Assembly: GCA_020184695.1 (NCBI GenBank)
Contig: JAANOX010000280.1
Span: 1 to 64,000 of the forward strand
Origin: Histomonas meleagridis 2922-C6/04-290x
Taxonomy: Eukaryota; Protista; Parabasalia
Reading direction: 5' to 3'
Length of the DNA stretch: 64,000 nt
Shown in pieces: positions 31,170 through 43,932 of the stretch (positions within the stretch are counted from its first letter, which is position 1; each line of letters begins with the position of its first letter). A model generated the notes under the pieces. That model did no database searches, was not told the DNA's origin, and worked only from the letters and a program-made list of their open reading frames with translations. The translations under genes and the position numbers were made by a program.

Positions 31170-34152
31170 TCAGATTTCGAATGCGTTTGCCAACTCGGGG
31201 ATACAGCAAAGTTGTATATCCGAATAAACGATTTGTGACTGGAACATTTTAAATATTTCTATCACATCCTGTAATTCATTTTGTTGACTAATTCCATTAA
31301 TTAAACAATCAAAATTACTTTGGAAATTGATTTTCTTTTCTCCTTCGAGTGCATTCGCGATAATTCGTGCAATTTCTTTGACGAATTCGGGATCAATTCG
31401 AAGAAAACCAACAAAAAACGACGCCGCATCTTCGCATTCTTTTTTAGTCAACGCTAAATTAAATGCTAAAATGAAATGGATTCGTAATTGTTTAATTTCT
31501 TCAGCTTTCGAAAACGAGTTTAATAACAAAGAAAGTGTTCGACAATTAATGTTTAACGCATCTAATGAATGAGATGCAAATATAATTTTTGTGAAACTTA
31601 AAACAAATTCCCAATAGTGAGGTCTGTTAATTAATACATTTGGAAACTTTTCGGTCATAAACATCAAAAAAGTGGACAAATCTAATATTAATTGTGGAAA
31701 TGCAAGTAATGATAATTTAGGTGTCTTATATATAGTTTGAATCAACTCATCGAAAAATACAAATATACATTGATCATTGTAGAGTTCTAAGACACCGAAA
31801 TTTGGAAATGGAGATTTTAACAAATTGGTAGCAATGGAAATGACCAAGGACAAAAGTGGCCATAATTTCGATTCAATTTTATTTCCGATTTGAAATGTTT
31901 GAGAAAAGTTTACAGTAAATTCTTTTTTATCATCTCCGATATATCGAGATTCATATAATGAAATAGGTTTAGAATCCTCAGGTTCAGAAAACCCCAAAGA
32001 AGTTTCAAATATTGATTCATCGACATTTAATGGCTCTATATTCATTTTAATATTTGATGTTATATTTATCAAATATGTCATTATAGAACGGAACAAATGA
32101 AATGAATGTTGTTTATAAGACTTAAATGGGTTCGTTGAAGGTGCGGAATGTAATAATTCTTGAATTAATCTTAATAAATATTTCCATTCATTTGACATAG
32201 AGACCGTTAAAAAGAGTTCGTTATATTTCAAGTCAATATATTTGTATAACTTTGACCATTTATCCGAACATTCGAAACTTTTGAATAGTCCTGAAATTAT
32301 TTTGAATAAACGTTCGAGTGAAGTTGGATCAGTTATATTACCGAAGTTACTTTCGATTGAACTTAAATATAAGTTCATTGCTTCATCCGAAGTGGATATT
32401 ATTTTCGAGACTATATAATATATTATATTTTTATTAGGGTATTCCATATAATGTTCTAATAATGATGGAATTACATCAGATGCTCCTATTAAACGTAAAG
32501 TTTCATCAATATCCACAAATTTTATTAAAGCTTTTTTGGATCCAAAATCAATTTCATTTTGGATATCAAACCAATAACGCTTAAAAATGAAAATCACAAC
32601 AGAATCAATACAATCGAATGATTCTATTTGAGGCATTGGTATATACCCACAAGTTATATAACTTTTTAATTTTGGTTTAAAATATGTCGAAATAAATGAC
32701 TTTAAATATAATATAATAAATCGCTCCATTGTTAATGATTCATGTCGATTTGATATTAAAAATTGATTAATTTTATCATTAGTAAATAAGAAAAATTGAA
32801 ATAATACATTAATTAAAACAGGATAATAATTTTCTGTTTCATATAAAAATCGATTTTTTAATAATTTCCTTGATACTAATAGTAGAAAACAAATTTGATA
32901 ATTAATTACTTCATTAATTTGGTTTTGTAATATTGTCGGAATAGTATTTGATAAATATTTCGCTACTTCATTCGCTTGTATTTCTGATATAATATTTAAA
33001 TTAGATAAAATTTTTTTGGTTTGACTATAATCAGATAATAAATCAAAGCCAATTGTTATCGATGATTGTTCTAAGGCAATTAATGTACGCTCAACAAACA
33101 TCATAAATAACATCGTTAAGTGTTGATATAATTCTGACGTCTTTTCGATATATGTATCTTTTGCTTTTAAAAACAATGATGTGGCCTCAGGTAAAATTAG
33201 AAACGCAATTCGATAATTAGTTTCTAATAAATTAATACAAAACTTTAATAAATCTTCAATAAAAAAGATTCGAGGTGGTGTCAAATTGATTGAAAACGAT
33301 CTGATTAAATTTATAAAACTTAAGATATTGGTATCATTTTGAAAAAATTGTGGTTGTTGCATTAATTGGTTACAATACATATGGATGTTTTGATCAATTT
33401 TTGGCGAAATTTCAGGTGTGATGTAAGCAAAAGTGCGTATAATCAAAGAAATGATGCGAAGCGAGTCATTCGTAAATTGTGGATTATTACTAAGAATGGC
33501 TTCAAATAAGACTTGGAAAAGATTTGGATCTTGAAATTCAACTGTAAATGTAATCGGAAGATTAACTTTATCATCGGAATTGTTAAAATTAAGACATAAA
33601 AATAGAAGACTAATGGATTCTTGAGGTTGCACTCGCATCATGTTAATGGAAAACTTGAAAAATCGATAGAAATCGTTTTCTTGGAAAAATTCGACTATTT
33701 GAGAATTTTTATACTTTTCCATGCCTATCAAAAAGGCTTTATACTTCTCCCATTCAAATGGTGGTAATGCACCTTGTTCTTCAATTGGATTAATAATAAG
33801 TTGTCTATCTTTTATATATACAAACACAGCAATTTTCCCTATGATGCCTGCAATTTGTGAAATTGTTGTCCGAAAATGAAGATAATTGTTGCACAACTAA
33901 TTGAAGATTAATGTTGCCAATGTTCTTTTCAACAACATCAGCAATGATATCTATTACATAAGCTTGGCACGCATGATCCATTTCATTATTATTAAGAATT
34001 GATATGCAACAAAAAATATTATCAGGATAATTTGAAACTAGTTTCCTCCATTTTGTTATATCGGTAAACTGTGTTGCACTGTGTGAATTTGTTTGTTGAC
34101 GGAATGTTTCATCGATTTCATAAAATGTGATATTTTGATAATTCATTCTCAT
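31170..34152 (-). CDS. Exportin-7/RanBP16-like protein with one frameshift near 33873-33876
   Basis: NFGVLELYND and LLAFPQL motifs resemble XPO7 C-terminal motifs. ORFs 34152-33805 and 33896-31170 join if one T is removed from a T4 run (..LSSF-RTTISQIAGIIGKI). Confidence 0.7.
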
Positions 34153-34446
34153 GTCAACTCATTGACAAATAAACGGTCCCAAAAATATGAAGAAGTCAAA
34201 AAAAATATCTTCTAATTTTTTTATTAAAACAAACAATAATGCACATTAAAATTATTGTGAATTAAAATAATAAATCATCTTATTTGAAAATAATAAATTT
34301 TTTAAATTTAATATTATTAAATATATTTTGGAAAAAAAGGCTATACTTCCGTTAACTCATAGCTCTATAAAAAGAAGATGATAAATTAAAAAATAATTCA
34401 ATGGAAATCAAAAATATTAAATATTCAAATAATGAGCTAATTATCA

Positions 34447-34767
34447 TTATTTCAAATAGCCTGTGATAATTACCTTGAGAATAACATAAACAACACCAAA
34501 ACCAAGACCCCATATATAATAAACATCATCTAATGAAGTACCCAAGTAAAAATATGTAAAACCAACGCTGATTGCAAGGATAATTGTATAAAAAAAACAT
34601 GAAATAAATGTATAAATTGGAAATATAACAACCAATATTATACCTTTAAAACGACCTATTCTGACTACTGCAACAATTGATGAAACTAAGTGAATAACTG
34701 CTGCTATTGATGCTGCTATTAATGACATATAAACCCAATTAACATTAAGAACCCATCTAAACGCCAT
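34447..34767 (-). CDS. Small three-TM protein, TMEM170-like
   Basis: Three hydrophobic segments; IHLVSSIVA..GRFKG, ILAISVGFTY..G and IWGLG pattern. Confidence 0.55.
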   Translation of the reverse strand: MAFRWVLNVNWVYMSLIAASIAAVIHLVSSIVAVVRIGRFKGIILVVIFPIYTFISCFFYTIILAISVGFTYFYLGTSLDDVYYIWGLGFGVVYVILKVIITGYLK

Positions 34768-34870
34768 TTTTGTTCTTTTTTTATGAATTGAACATGTAAA
34801 GTATTTAAAATAAGGGATGGCCCATTTAAACCAAAAATAGTTTCATTTTGCAACTTGAAACTTAATTAGG

Positions 34871-36727
34871 ATGAAAGCACAAAGAAAACAGTTGTATGAT
34901 GAAGATGATTTAGATATTGATGGTTATAGTGATAGTGATCCTTTTGATGATGAAAATGATATTGATATTTTTAAACCTCGACGTTCAGTTACATTAAATG
35001 ACTTTTTTGCCCCAGGGTTATTAAGCCAAGATGAAGGTGAAGCAGAAGATGAAGATGAAGACTATGATGACAATGATAATTTCTGGGGAGTTAAAACTAA
35101 TTATGAAGAAGATTATGACGAGTACAGTCCTGAAGATGAAGAAATGCTTAATAATTGTTTTGCTGAACTTGATAAAAAGTATGATTATTCTAAATGTAAC
35201 AAAGAACAAATGATCGATTCACTTCGTGAACTTAATTATGACATGAAACAGTTCATTGATTATGCGCTTGATGGTGATTTTGGTGTATTTCTTCCCAAGA
35301 AAAAGCGATCCAAACCACAAAAATCGAAATCCAGAACACCTCAAAATAAGCGAAAGATCACTCCCTCATTTCCACGTTCTGTCTCGCAATTTACACTTGC
35401 CAAACCACCCAAGCAGCATGTAATTTGTAAGCGGACTCCTGAATCTGTCATTGCTTCACTATCATGTTCCAAGAAACGCATTAATCTTGTCATTGTTGGC
35501 CATGTTGATGCTGGAAAATCAACTCTTATGGGACATTTACTCTGGCTTTGTGGTAAAGTCACACATGGTCAAATGACCAAAGTCACAAACGCAAGTGAAG
35601 AACTTGGAAAAGGGGAAGATCGCTTTGCGTGGATTATGGCGGAAGATGACGAAGAACGAAAGCGTGGAATTACGATAGATGTAGCCATGACTGAATTAGA
35701 AACTAATCAATTAATCGTTACCATCTTAGATGCTCCAGGGCATAAAGACTTTGTACCAAATATGATTGCAGGTGCATCGCAAGCAGATTCAGCGTTATTA
35801 GTTGTTGATGCGTCGAATCCTAATATTGAGACTGGCCAAGCGAAAGAACATTTGTTATTATGTCGATCACTTGGCGTTAATTCACTTATCATCGCCATTA
35901 ATAAGATGGATTATGTTGGCTATGATGAATCTACTTATGAAGCAGTTAAAACTCGACTGACGACATTCTTACGTACACTTGGATGGAGTGCGATCCAATT
36001 CATACCAACTGATTCGAAAGATGGCGATAACCTAAAGAAAAACTCGAAAAATATGAAATGGTATAATGGCCCAACGATATATGAAGCTATTGATATGTTA
36101 CAACCACCACAATATGATATTAATTCGCCATTTTTATTATGTATATCAGAAGTTAATGAAGGGAAACGATTAAAAGTTGTCGGACGTATTGAATCTGGAT
36201 TCATATGTAAAGGTGATACTATTCGAGCGTTGCCAATAGATAGCTTCATTAAAGTCGATCGAGTGAAAGTTAATGGTAAACAAGTTCAGTTTGCTGCGGC
36301 AGGAACTATTGCAGAAATAACATTACAAACACAATTAACTTCGAATGTAATAACAATCGGTTCAGCATTAACAGCACCTGAAAAAACGATTCCTGTCGCA
36401 GCCCAATTCATAGCTAGAATTAACACATTTAAAATGGACGTGCCTTTGCTAAAAGGAGCTTCTCTTGTGTTCCATAGACATGCTGTGGATATACCGTTGA
36501 AAATACTGAGAATTAAATCTTTGCTGAATAAGAAAACTAAAGAAATCGTGAAGAATAACCCTCCTTGTGTGCCGCAAAACACTATGGCGGACGTAGAATT
36601 TAAGTTGGATGAGCCAATACCAATGGAATTACAGGTAAATAGTAAGTCATTCGGTAGATTTATTATTAGGGCTGGTGGCGTGACATTGGGATTTGGTGGT
36701 ATCTCGGAAATAATACAACATAAATAA
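34871..36727 (+). CDS. HBS1: HBS1-like translational GTPase
   Basis: Acidic N-terminal domain, GHVDAGKSTL, RGITID, DAPGHKDFVPNMI, NKMD and EF-Tu domains II/III. Confidence 0.9.
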   Translation: MKAQRKQLYDEDDLDIDGYSDSDPFDDENDIDIFKPRRSVTLNDFFAPGLLSQDEGEAEDEDEDYDDNDNFWGVKTNYEEDYDEYSPEDEEMLNNCFAELDKKYDYSKCNKEQMIDSLRELNYDMKQFIDYALDGDFGVFLPKKKRSKPQKSKSRTPQNKRKITPSFPRSVSQFTLAKPPKQHVICKRTPESVIASLSCSKKRINLVIVGHVDAGKSTLMGHLLWLCGKVTHGQMTKVTNASEELGKGEDRFAWIMAEDDEERKRGITIDVAMTELETNQLIVTILDAPGHKDFVPNMIAGASQADSALLVVDASNPNIETGQAKEHLLLCRSLGVNSLIIAINKMDYVGYDESTYEAVKTRLTTFLRTLGWSAIQFIPTDSKDGDNLKKNSKNMKWYNGPTIYEAIDMLQPPQYDINSPFLLCISEVNEGKRLKVVGRIESGFICKGDTIRALPIDSFIKVDRVKVNGKQVQFAAAGTIAEITLQTQLTSNVITIGSALTAPEKTIPVAAQFIARINTFKMDVPLLKGASLVFHRHAVDIPLKILRIKSLLNKKTKEIVKNNPPCVPQNTMADVEFKLDEPIPMELQVNSKSFGRFIIRAGGVTLGFGGISEIIQHK

Positions 36728-37162
36728 AAATATAAATAAATTAATAAAATTCTTTTTTCATAGGGAATCATATTCGAGATGAACATCTACACTATAGATG
36801 TATAATAATGATACTAAATATGTTTATGAAATTTGAAAATTTTATCATGATGGCTGTATTTGAAATCTAACCATAAAATATTAATAAATATATTATAGAT
36901 CTTTAATATTTTAAAATTTAACATAATACTGTAAATTTTTATATGATTTATATTTTTTTTTATTTGCATTTTGAATATATGAAGTTAATTTCATTTGCAT
37001 GGAACGATTATATAATTTCATCAGAAAATTGAATTTAATATTTTTACGAACTCATAAAATTCTATCAAAACCGATCGAAAATTCTGCCTGTCAGTTTTTT
37101 CACGGTTTGAATTTAGGAAATTTGAAAGGGCCGATAGGAAAAGTCATCCACACATAATCCGG

Positions 37163-38605
37163 ATGAAGGTATCCGTGATTTCCTCCACGGTGCCTTACTA
37201 TCCAATAGATGCTAAAAAACAATCTGAAATACAACCAATGTATCACATCATATCATTTATTAAGCGAACTGTTGATACAGGCTTGGATTACATAATTGGA
37301 AATGATCGAACAATTGCATTTCAATTTATTAACAACGTGTTATTTTTGATATGCGATAAGAGCAAGTCACCTGAATTCCTCTTTTATCAAATAGAAATTC
37401 TAAAGAACATTGCTATCCTCATATTAGGACCTAATTTCCAAACTAGCATGCAAACGACAATTGATGTTCAGCAAAACAAACTTTATGTTAGATACGTTGA
37501 CACATATATAGATTTTTCAAGTCGGCTTTGTCAAATCCCATTTGGAATTATAGAGTACAGTCCATTATACAACACCTTTACCAAAACATTCCTAGAGAAT
37601 TTTCCTATTGAATCACACCCATCCAAATCTAATTTTGTACAATTACTAATTTTGAATGATCATCAAATTCTCACTCGCATTTCCAACAATTGTACCATTG
37701 AATACACCTCCATTCTCATGTTATTTTTTACCGCCTATGTGAATCATAAAGATCCAGATTCATATAGTAATGAGCATGACATTAGCATTGGACCCAACTC
37801 AATCATTCACCGCAAATGTTATCTTAAAGTGAATGGCACAGTATCACAATATGTTGTTAGTACTGTACGATTTAGTGAGCTCAGTCCTTATGTTGCTATT
37901 ATTGTTTCCAACAACTTCGAAATGCGCGACATTGATTATTACATTGATATGTTTGCACGAACAGCCAGCGCCGGCTTTTGCATTACTACACCATTATCAA
38001 TACATCTTGTGCCGGGTACTGTCCGCTATGTTATCATCAACAGAACTAATGGCGAAAGTTGGGATCATAAGTTACAAAGTATGGACAAACAAAACAGCGA
38101 ATTAACTGATATCTTATTCAGTTCGATGAAGTCGAAAGTATTTGACATATTAATGAAAGGTTATAATTGTTTTATGTGGTATGACAACAATTTCTTATTT
38201 GTATATGAACAAATATTTATGTTATCGACGGGAGAATTGTTGTCTGTAAAAAGATCGAAAGAATTCATGGCGGAGAAAATTCGATTTAATTATCAATGCG
38301 TAGCTCAAAGAATATTTCCTACACAGAAAAACGTAAACGTGTTCGAAAGTTACGCAATATTCATAAAAACAATATCGCCGAAAGACGCTTTGGAAATCAC
38401 CAAAAAATATTTCTCCGACTTTTTGGCGTCAAGACAAGTGAAACAAATACAAAATAAGAAAAGAAGCGCTTCAAACTTCTTCAAGAAAAGAAGTCAAAGC
38501 TTCACAAATTTGGACCTCGAGAAAAATAGCAAGCTGGCCCACACAGCAAGTAACCACAACCTCGGAAGACAAAATCCGAAACATCCATTGCCACCAAAAA
38601 AATGA
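37163..38605 (+). CDS. Longin-repeat protein, HPS1/Mon1-like (tentative)
   Basis: N-terminal longin-like segment (IAFQFINNVLFLICD..FL..QIEILK), PGTVRYVIINR, and C-terminal FESYAIF. Confidence 0.45.
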   Translation: MKVSVISSTVPYYPIDAKKQSEIQPMYHIISFIKRTVDTGLDYIIGNDRTIAFQFINNVLFLICDKSKSPEFLFYQIEILKNIAILILGPNFQTSMQTTIDVQQNKLYVRYVDTYIDFSSRLCQIPFGIIEYSPLYNTFTKTFLENFPIESHPSKSNFVQLLILNDHQILTRISNNCTIEYTSILMLFFTAYVNHKDPDSYSNEHDISIGPNSIIHRKCYLKVNGTVSQYVVSTVRFSELSPYVAIIVSNNFEMRDIDYYIDMFARTASAGFCITTPLSIHLVPGTVRYVIINRTNGESWDHKLQSMDKQNSELTDILFSSMKSKVFDILMKGYNCFMWYDNNFLFVYEQIFMLSTGELLSVKRSKEFMAEKIRFNYQCVAQRIFPTQKNVNVFESYAIFIKTISPKDALEITKKYFSDFLASRQVKQIQNKKRSASNFFKKRSQSFTNLDLEKNSKLAHTASNHNLGRQNPKHPLPPKK

Positions 38606-38884
38606 CATGTCGTTAGATGTGGTATTAATTCTTTGTAAATAATTCATTATCATTAAGTTGTGCATAAGAAACTTTTTTTGTTTATGAATGTTGAATCAAT
38701 TTTTTGCGTTTTTTAATGTAAAATCGAATGTTTATGGAATTTTCCTTTAAGAAAAAAAAAATGATAAATTATTGATCACAAATTTTAACTTTTCATTTTT
38801 GAAATCGATTTCTATTGAACAGGGAAGTGTTATAACTACATGCTTTTGGGTTTTACTGCAAATAAGTGATTCCAACTATGAGAA

Positions 38885-39517
38885 ATGGACAACTTTTATC
38901 TTGGAGTGGTTTCTATGGTTTACGCCGAAATCAATTTTATTGCGTTGGTAATGCTCCAACACACGGAAAAGCTTCTCGAACATGCAAGAAAAATCACACA
39001 GGACTTAAATAAACTATCCGTCGAATTTACATCGGACGACCGAGAAAAAGCTGAACAAAAATTGAAATATGCAAAAAAGGTTTTAGAATCTGTAAATAAT
39101 TTGCCTTTCAAAATAGGATCAGAAGGAATTGGTGTAGAAAATTTAACCGATTTGGTATACCAATGTATGGTGAGTGTTTCACCTCATTTATCTGTTGCTA
39201 TCGATGAACTCGAAAAAACACTTCAAAATAATCAAAGCGTTGAGGAACCTGAAGTTGAAATTAATGAAGAAGATTTTATTAAGGAACTTGAAGGGAAAAT
39301 GGAGGAGTTTTCCAATGAGTTGATTAAAAAGATTAATGAAGATGGTGATGGATCACAAGAAATGGAAGATTTTCGAAAGGCAATTATTGCAAGCCAAGCA
39401 GAAGACAATTCTAATAGTGAATATGAAGAAGACGAGGAAGAATATGAATATGAACCTACGGAAGAGGAAGAAGAAGAAGAAATGGTAGAAGTAGTGGAAA
39501 TCACCCAAAGTATCTAA
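38885..39517 (+). CDS. Acidic helical hypothetical protein
   Basis: 210-aa ATG ORF with E-rich C-terminus. Confidence 0.75.
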   Translation: MDNFYLGVVSMVYAEINFIALVMLQHTEKLLEHARKITQDLNKLSVEFTSDDREKAEQKLKYAKKVLESVNNLPFKIGSEGIGVENLTDLVYQCMVSVSPHLSVAIDELEKTLQNNQSVEEPEVEINEEDFIKELEGKMEEFSNELIKKINEDGDGSQEMEDFRKAIIASQAEDNSNSEYEEDEEEYEYEPTEEEEEEEMVEVVEITQSI

Positions 39518-39642
39518 CTTTTTTGCAATTTTTTGTTAAATAAATATTCCAACTTTATATTCGCATTGAAAAAGTTTACATCAAAAATTTCTTTTCAAAT
39601 CAATTTAACCACCCACATTGAAATTTGAATGTAACCGTTATA

Positions 39643-40569
39643 ATGGTATCTGGTTTTCCAAGCCACCTGAACTTCTCCAAGTCATTTATGTCACTTGGAA
39701 TCACATTCTGCATTTCTTCATATTTAAACTCATTCAGATCATATGAGCCCAACATTATTTTCCGTAAAAATTCAAGTGAAACATATAAACCATGCTTCTA
39801 TGTTCTTCGTCTTGATGGTTCCCTTTTTGTTATCATACGTGGATCTGCTGAAGAAGGTGATATGATGACTATGCGAGAAATGAATGAATTGACAACAAAA
39901 TATGGCGTATTTCACTCTGGCGCTTACAAATCTTCTTTATACATTTATAGGAAAATACAGAAATATCTCCATGGTCACAATGGTAATGTTTATCTCATTG
40001 GTCATTCTTATGGTGGATCATGCGCATCAATACTACTTGCAATAATCAAAGCTAAACATCCATTCCTCAAAGTTCAGGCCCTCGGCTTTGGAAGTTATTC
40101 AGTTCTTGATGACAGAACAAGCCGTCATCTTAGAAAGAATTTAATAACAATAGCAAACGAAGATGATACTGTTCCAACTATTTCAATTCGTAACCTATAC
40201 GAGATAGTCAAAGAGCAAATAACACTTAGTGGTTCAACAGAGATATCAGAAATCGCAAAAGTAATTAATGCCACAATGGATCTTTACACTACAGAGGATG
40301 TTCCTTCAGGCGAATTCATCCAAGAGTCATTCAAGTCAATGTCTGATCTCTATGCAAAAGAAATCAAGGATATGTATGATTTTAAGATTCGCAAATCTAT
40401 CAGATATCCAGCTGGAACAGTTTATAAAATTAGGAGTAATATGTCTCTCAAAGAGTGCAAAGTAAATCCAAAGAAAGTGTTTACAAAGGTCACAACATCT
40501 GAAAACGGACTTAAAGATCACACACCAGTTCCATATAAGGACACGATTGAAACCCTTATTGAAGATTAA
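39643..40569 (+). CDS. Class 3 lipase (alpha/beta hydrolase)
   Basis: VIIRGS, FHSGAY, GHSYGG nucleophile elbow, DDTVP, C-terminal DH. ATG at 39643 or 39688. Confidence 0.85.
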   Translation: MVSGFPSHLNFSKSFMSLGITFCISSYLNSFRSYEPNIIFRKNSSETYKPCFYVLRLDGSLFVIIRGSAEEGDMMTMREMNELTTKYGVFHSGAYKSSLYIYRKIQKYLHGHNGNVYLIGHSYGGSCASILLAIIKAKHPFLKVQALGFGSYSVLDDRTSRHLRKNLITIANEDDTVPTISIRNLYEIVKEQITLSGSTEISEIAKVINATMDLYTTEDVPSGEFIQESFKSMSDLYAKEIKDMYDFKIRKSIRYPAGTVYKIRSNMSLKECKVNPKKVFTKVTTSENGLKDHTPVPYKDTIETLIED

Positions 40570-41130
40570 TCAATAAACACTTTTTAACGTTGATTTAACA
40601 CCTTATGTTGTCATTTCTTCTCCCTGAGTCGAACCACATTCCAATTGAAACTTTCTGAGTGAAGTTCACTTTTTGAAAATGCATCCGTGACCAACGATAG
40701 AAATCAGCGAAAGATAAATCATAATGTTCAAAACCTTTCAGCAACATTTTGTATTGTTTTGATAGATCTTTTTTATGTAAAAATTCGGGTTTTCATCTTG
40801 GGCAGAGATCTGCCCACAGAGGCACATATTTTTTATATGTAAACATTAGAAAATATGCTCAAACTCCTTGAAACCTTCAAAGCGTAATCGATTGATTTTA
40901 TTTTTTCTAAGTGTGTAGAGAAGGGATGTGTAAACGGAATGCTTTATATAAAGATGTTTAGTCAATTTATTTTGATTGTAATAGATTAGATATTATATTA
41001 TGACTTCGTTTATTTTTGCCCAAAATAAAAAAACACGATTAAAAATATTATATTGTGTTTCAAACTTATTAAAATAAACATTTTATTCTTTATCAGTGAC
41101 ATTTCCTTTATATTCAAGAATTAGTATAAC

Positions 41131-42188
41131 TAATTCTGTTTCCCCACATTTAGATGCAAGTGCTCTAACTGTTTTAAATAATTTAGATAATTTCCAAATA
41201 ATTTCTTAAAACATTATATAATAAAAGTAAATTTTATATAAAATATATAAATATTTTTAATATTAATATCAATTCCTTTGTGTTCAAGAAGTAATCTAAC
41301 TATTTTTGTATGAAAATAATAAAATGCTTGAAAAATAGCTGTTTCAAATAATTTACATAAATCCCCAAATAATGTTTCAAAATATAAAACCATTATAATA
41401 AATTCTAAATCAAATAAATGAATATCTTGTACATTAACAACAATATCTTCATGTTTAAGGAGAAATTTTACCACATCTGTGAAACCCATTGTAGTTGCTT
41501 TAATAAGTGCTGTATCAAACAATTTAAATAATTCCCAAAGATTAATTTAAAATATAAAACCATTAAAATAAATGCCAAACAAAATAAATGAATATCTTGT
41601 GCATTTACATCAATTCCTTCTTTATCAAGTAGTATTTTAACCACATCTGCTTTACCCTCTTCAGATGCAATGATGAGTGCTGATAATAAATTGAATGATT
41701 GCCAAATATTAGTATGAAATATCATGATGTTACTATAAATATTTAATAAAACAAAAAAACGCATCTTGCATTGATATCAATTCCATCATGATCAATCAGT
41801 AATTTAACTATTTCAACGTATCCTTTTTCAGATGCATAAACAAGTGCTGTATTAAATAATTCAAATAATTTCTAAATATCATTTTTAAATACAAACTTAT
41901 TTTAATAAATATAAAAAATAAATATTCATCTCTAAAATTCACATAAATATCTTTTTGTTGAAGGAGTATCTTAACTATACTTGTGAGACCATTTTCAGAT
42001 GCATACATAAGGAGTGTTTCAAATAAATTAAGTAATTCCTAAATATTATATTATATCATTTTATAAATTAAATGAAATATAAAATAAAAATTTTGAATAT
42101 TTTTAATATTAACATCAACAAATTTTTGTTCAAGAAGTAATTTAACAATTTCTGGATAATCATGTTCAGCCTGCAAGAAAAGCGGCTT
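41131..42188 (-). repeat. Second ~170-bp-period ankyrin module/spacer array
   Basis: Modules start at 42188, 42017, 41850, 41683, 41513, 41342 and 41172. Spacers are 81,77,77,80,81,80 nt, with the same consensus as the 15.4-17.3 kb array. Confidence 0.92.
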
Positions 42189-42995
42189 TAACAAATATTT
42201 TTAATTATTAACTAAGTAATTAAAAAGCTCCTTATTTCCAGAAACTGTCGGAATATCCAAAAAATTTATTAAAATTAGTTTTTTCCAATGAAAATATCGA
42301 AACATAAATAAATTACCAACTTCAATTGATTGAAGGATTAATGATTTAGTAGCTTTCATTCCAATTTTTTCAAGGAATGAAAGAATTTCATAATTATTAT
42401 ATAAAATACATTTCCTTCCTAATTCTTCTAAATTATTTATGTTTTCTATTTTGTTTTCATAAAGATATTTAAAGATTTCATTCCGATGAAATATAATTGC
42501 TGCTTCATATGCATCTTTAAATGATGAATGATTTTGTTCACATAAATGAATAATTTCTTCATTTCCACCTGCAATTGCATATTTTCCTGTGTTTTCTACT
42601 TTAGTGCCATTCATAAGTAAATATTTAAAACATTTTGTTGATCCAAAAAATGCTGCATTATCAATTAATGTAACATTCTTTTGATTAATGAATGAATATC
42701 TTTCATAAAGTAATGGTTCAATTGTTTGATTAAAATCAAAATTTGTTTGTGATGATATTTCTTGAAGTTTTTCTATATCATCATTTCGAATTATTTTTGC
42801 TATTTCATTTGGATTATGTCCTTCTTTAACATAATTTTTATGAAGTTCCCAATCATTCTTTGAAAGTTCTTCATAATTATCAAAAAAATCTTTATTAATT
42901 AGATTCGGATTAAAGTTATCAATTTTATTATTTATCATATGATGAGCTTAAAAAACTTGTAAAAATATCGAATATTTCATATGGTATTTTATAAA

Positions 42996-43335
42996 GGGTT
43001 AATTCAGATGTCCCCAGGGGACAGTCCCCGGGGACATGTCCCCGGGTGTTCAATTTTTTAACAGTCATTGTGAAAATTTATGGGTTTCAGCAGTGGATTT
43101 TTTTTCGAAGTTGGAGAAAACCGAATAAATTGAGTTTATCGGTAATACAAAAAGTTAAAAAGACGATTAAATTGCTTTTAAAAAAAACACACTGATACCC
43201 TACCCATGAGGTTGAACAAAAGACACTTCCAATGTTTTATTTATTAAAAAATCGTCTAAAAATGTTTATTAGCACCACCTAATGGTCACTGCCTCTAATT
43301 GTAAATGTGTTTGATTCTGTGAATGTGAGCGTTGG
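42996..43335 (+). repeat. Left terminal inverted repeat of the MULE
   Basis: Near-perfect reverse complement of 44075-44414. Confidence 0.92.
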
Positions 43336-43339
43336 CATC

Positions 43340-43710
43340 AGGAGTCATCCTTCAATTGTCGTTCCTTTGGATGCGTTCAAATCTCCAAATGTCTCGCTTT
43401 AATATGTTACCAACGTCTAATAGAGATGATGTTGGTATTTTAGAAAAGGCACTGTTGGCGATGTTTCGTCCCAAAAATAATGCATTACTTGGAATTGTAA
43501 TGTTTTTCAATGATGAACATGATTAAAATGCACAATCCTCATATATTTCCACTCTTTCTCCAAAAGAAAATGTCTCCAATGCGAACATGATTCAAATGCA
43601 TAATTCCCAATCGATGTGACCGCACTCGGAATTGTGATATTTTTCAACGAAGTACATGAAGCAAATACGTGTTCCCCAATTGCTTCAACGTTTTCTCCAA
43701 CGTGATTCAT
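43340..43710 (-). pseudogene. Captured BspA-like LRR fragment inside the MULE
   Basis: VEAIGEHVFASCTSLKNITIPSAVTSIGNYAFESCS, then after a shift LETFSFGERV..CAF*SCSSLKNITIPS. Confidence 0.8.
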
Positions 43711-43932
43711 TCTGAAACGAAAAAGTCATTTTTTGACAAATGTTTTGGGAAAAATTTGATGCAAAATTATTATACTATCAATAACTGTTATACAATGGAA
43801 ATTTCTATATATCCAAATTACATATGAATGTGATAACATTTAATTTAAAAACGACGACATTGAATTGTAACACCCAATATACATTTTTGACATTAGTTTA
43901 ATCGTCTTTACCGCTGGCTTTTTCAATTTTTA

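Noticed and set aside
40799-40816. TGGGCAGA-GA-TCTGCCCA hairpin as a Helitron end or terminator
   Set aside because: Isolated 8-bp stem with no CTRR terminus or associated element.
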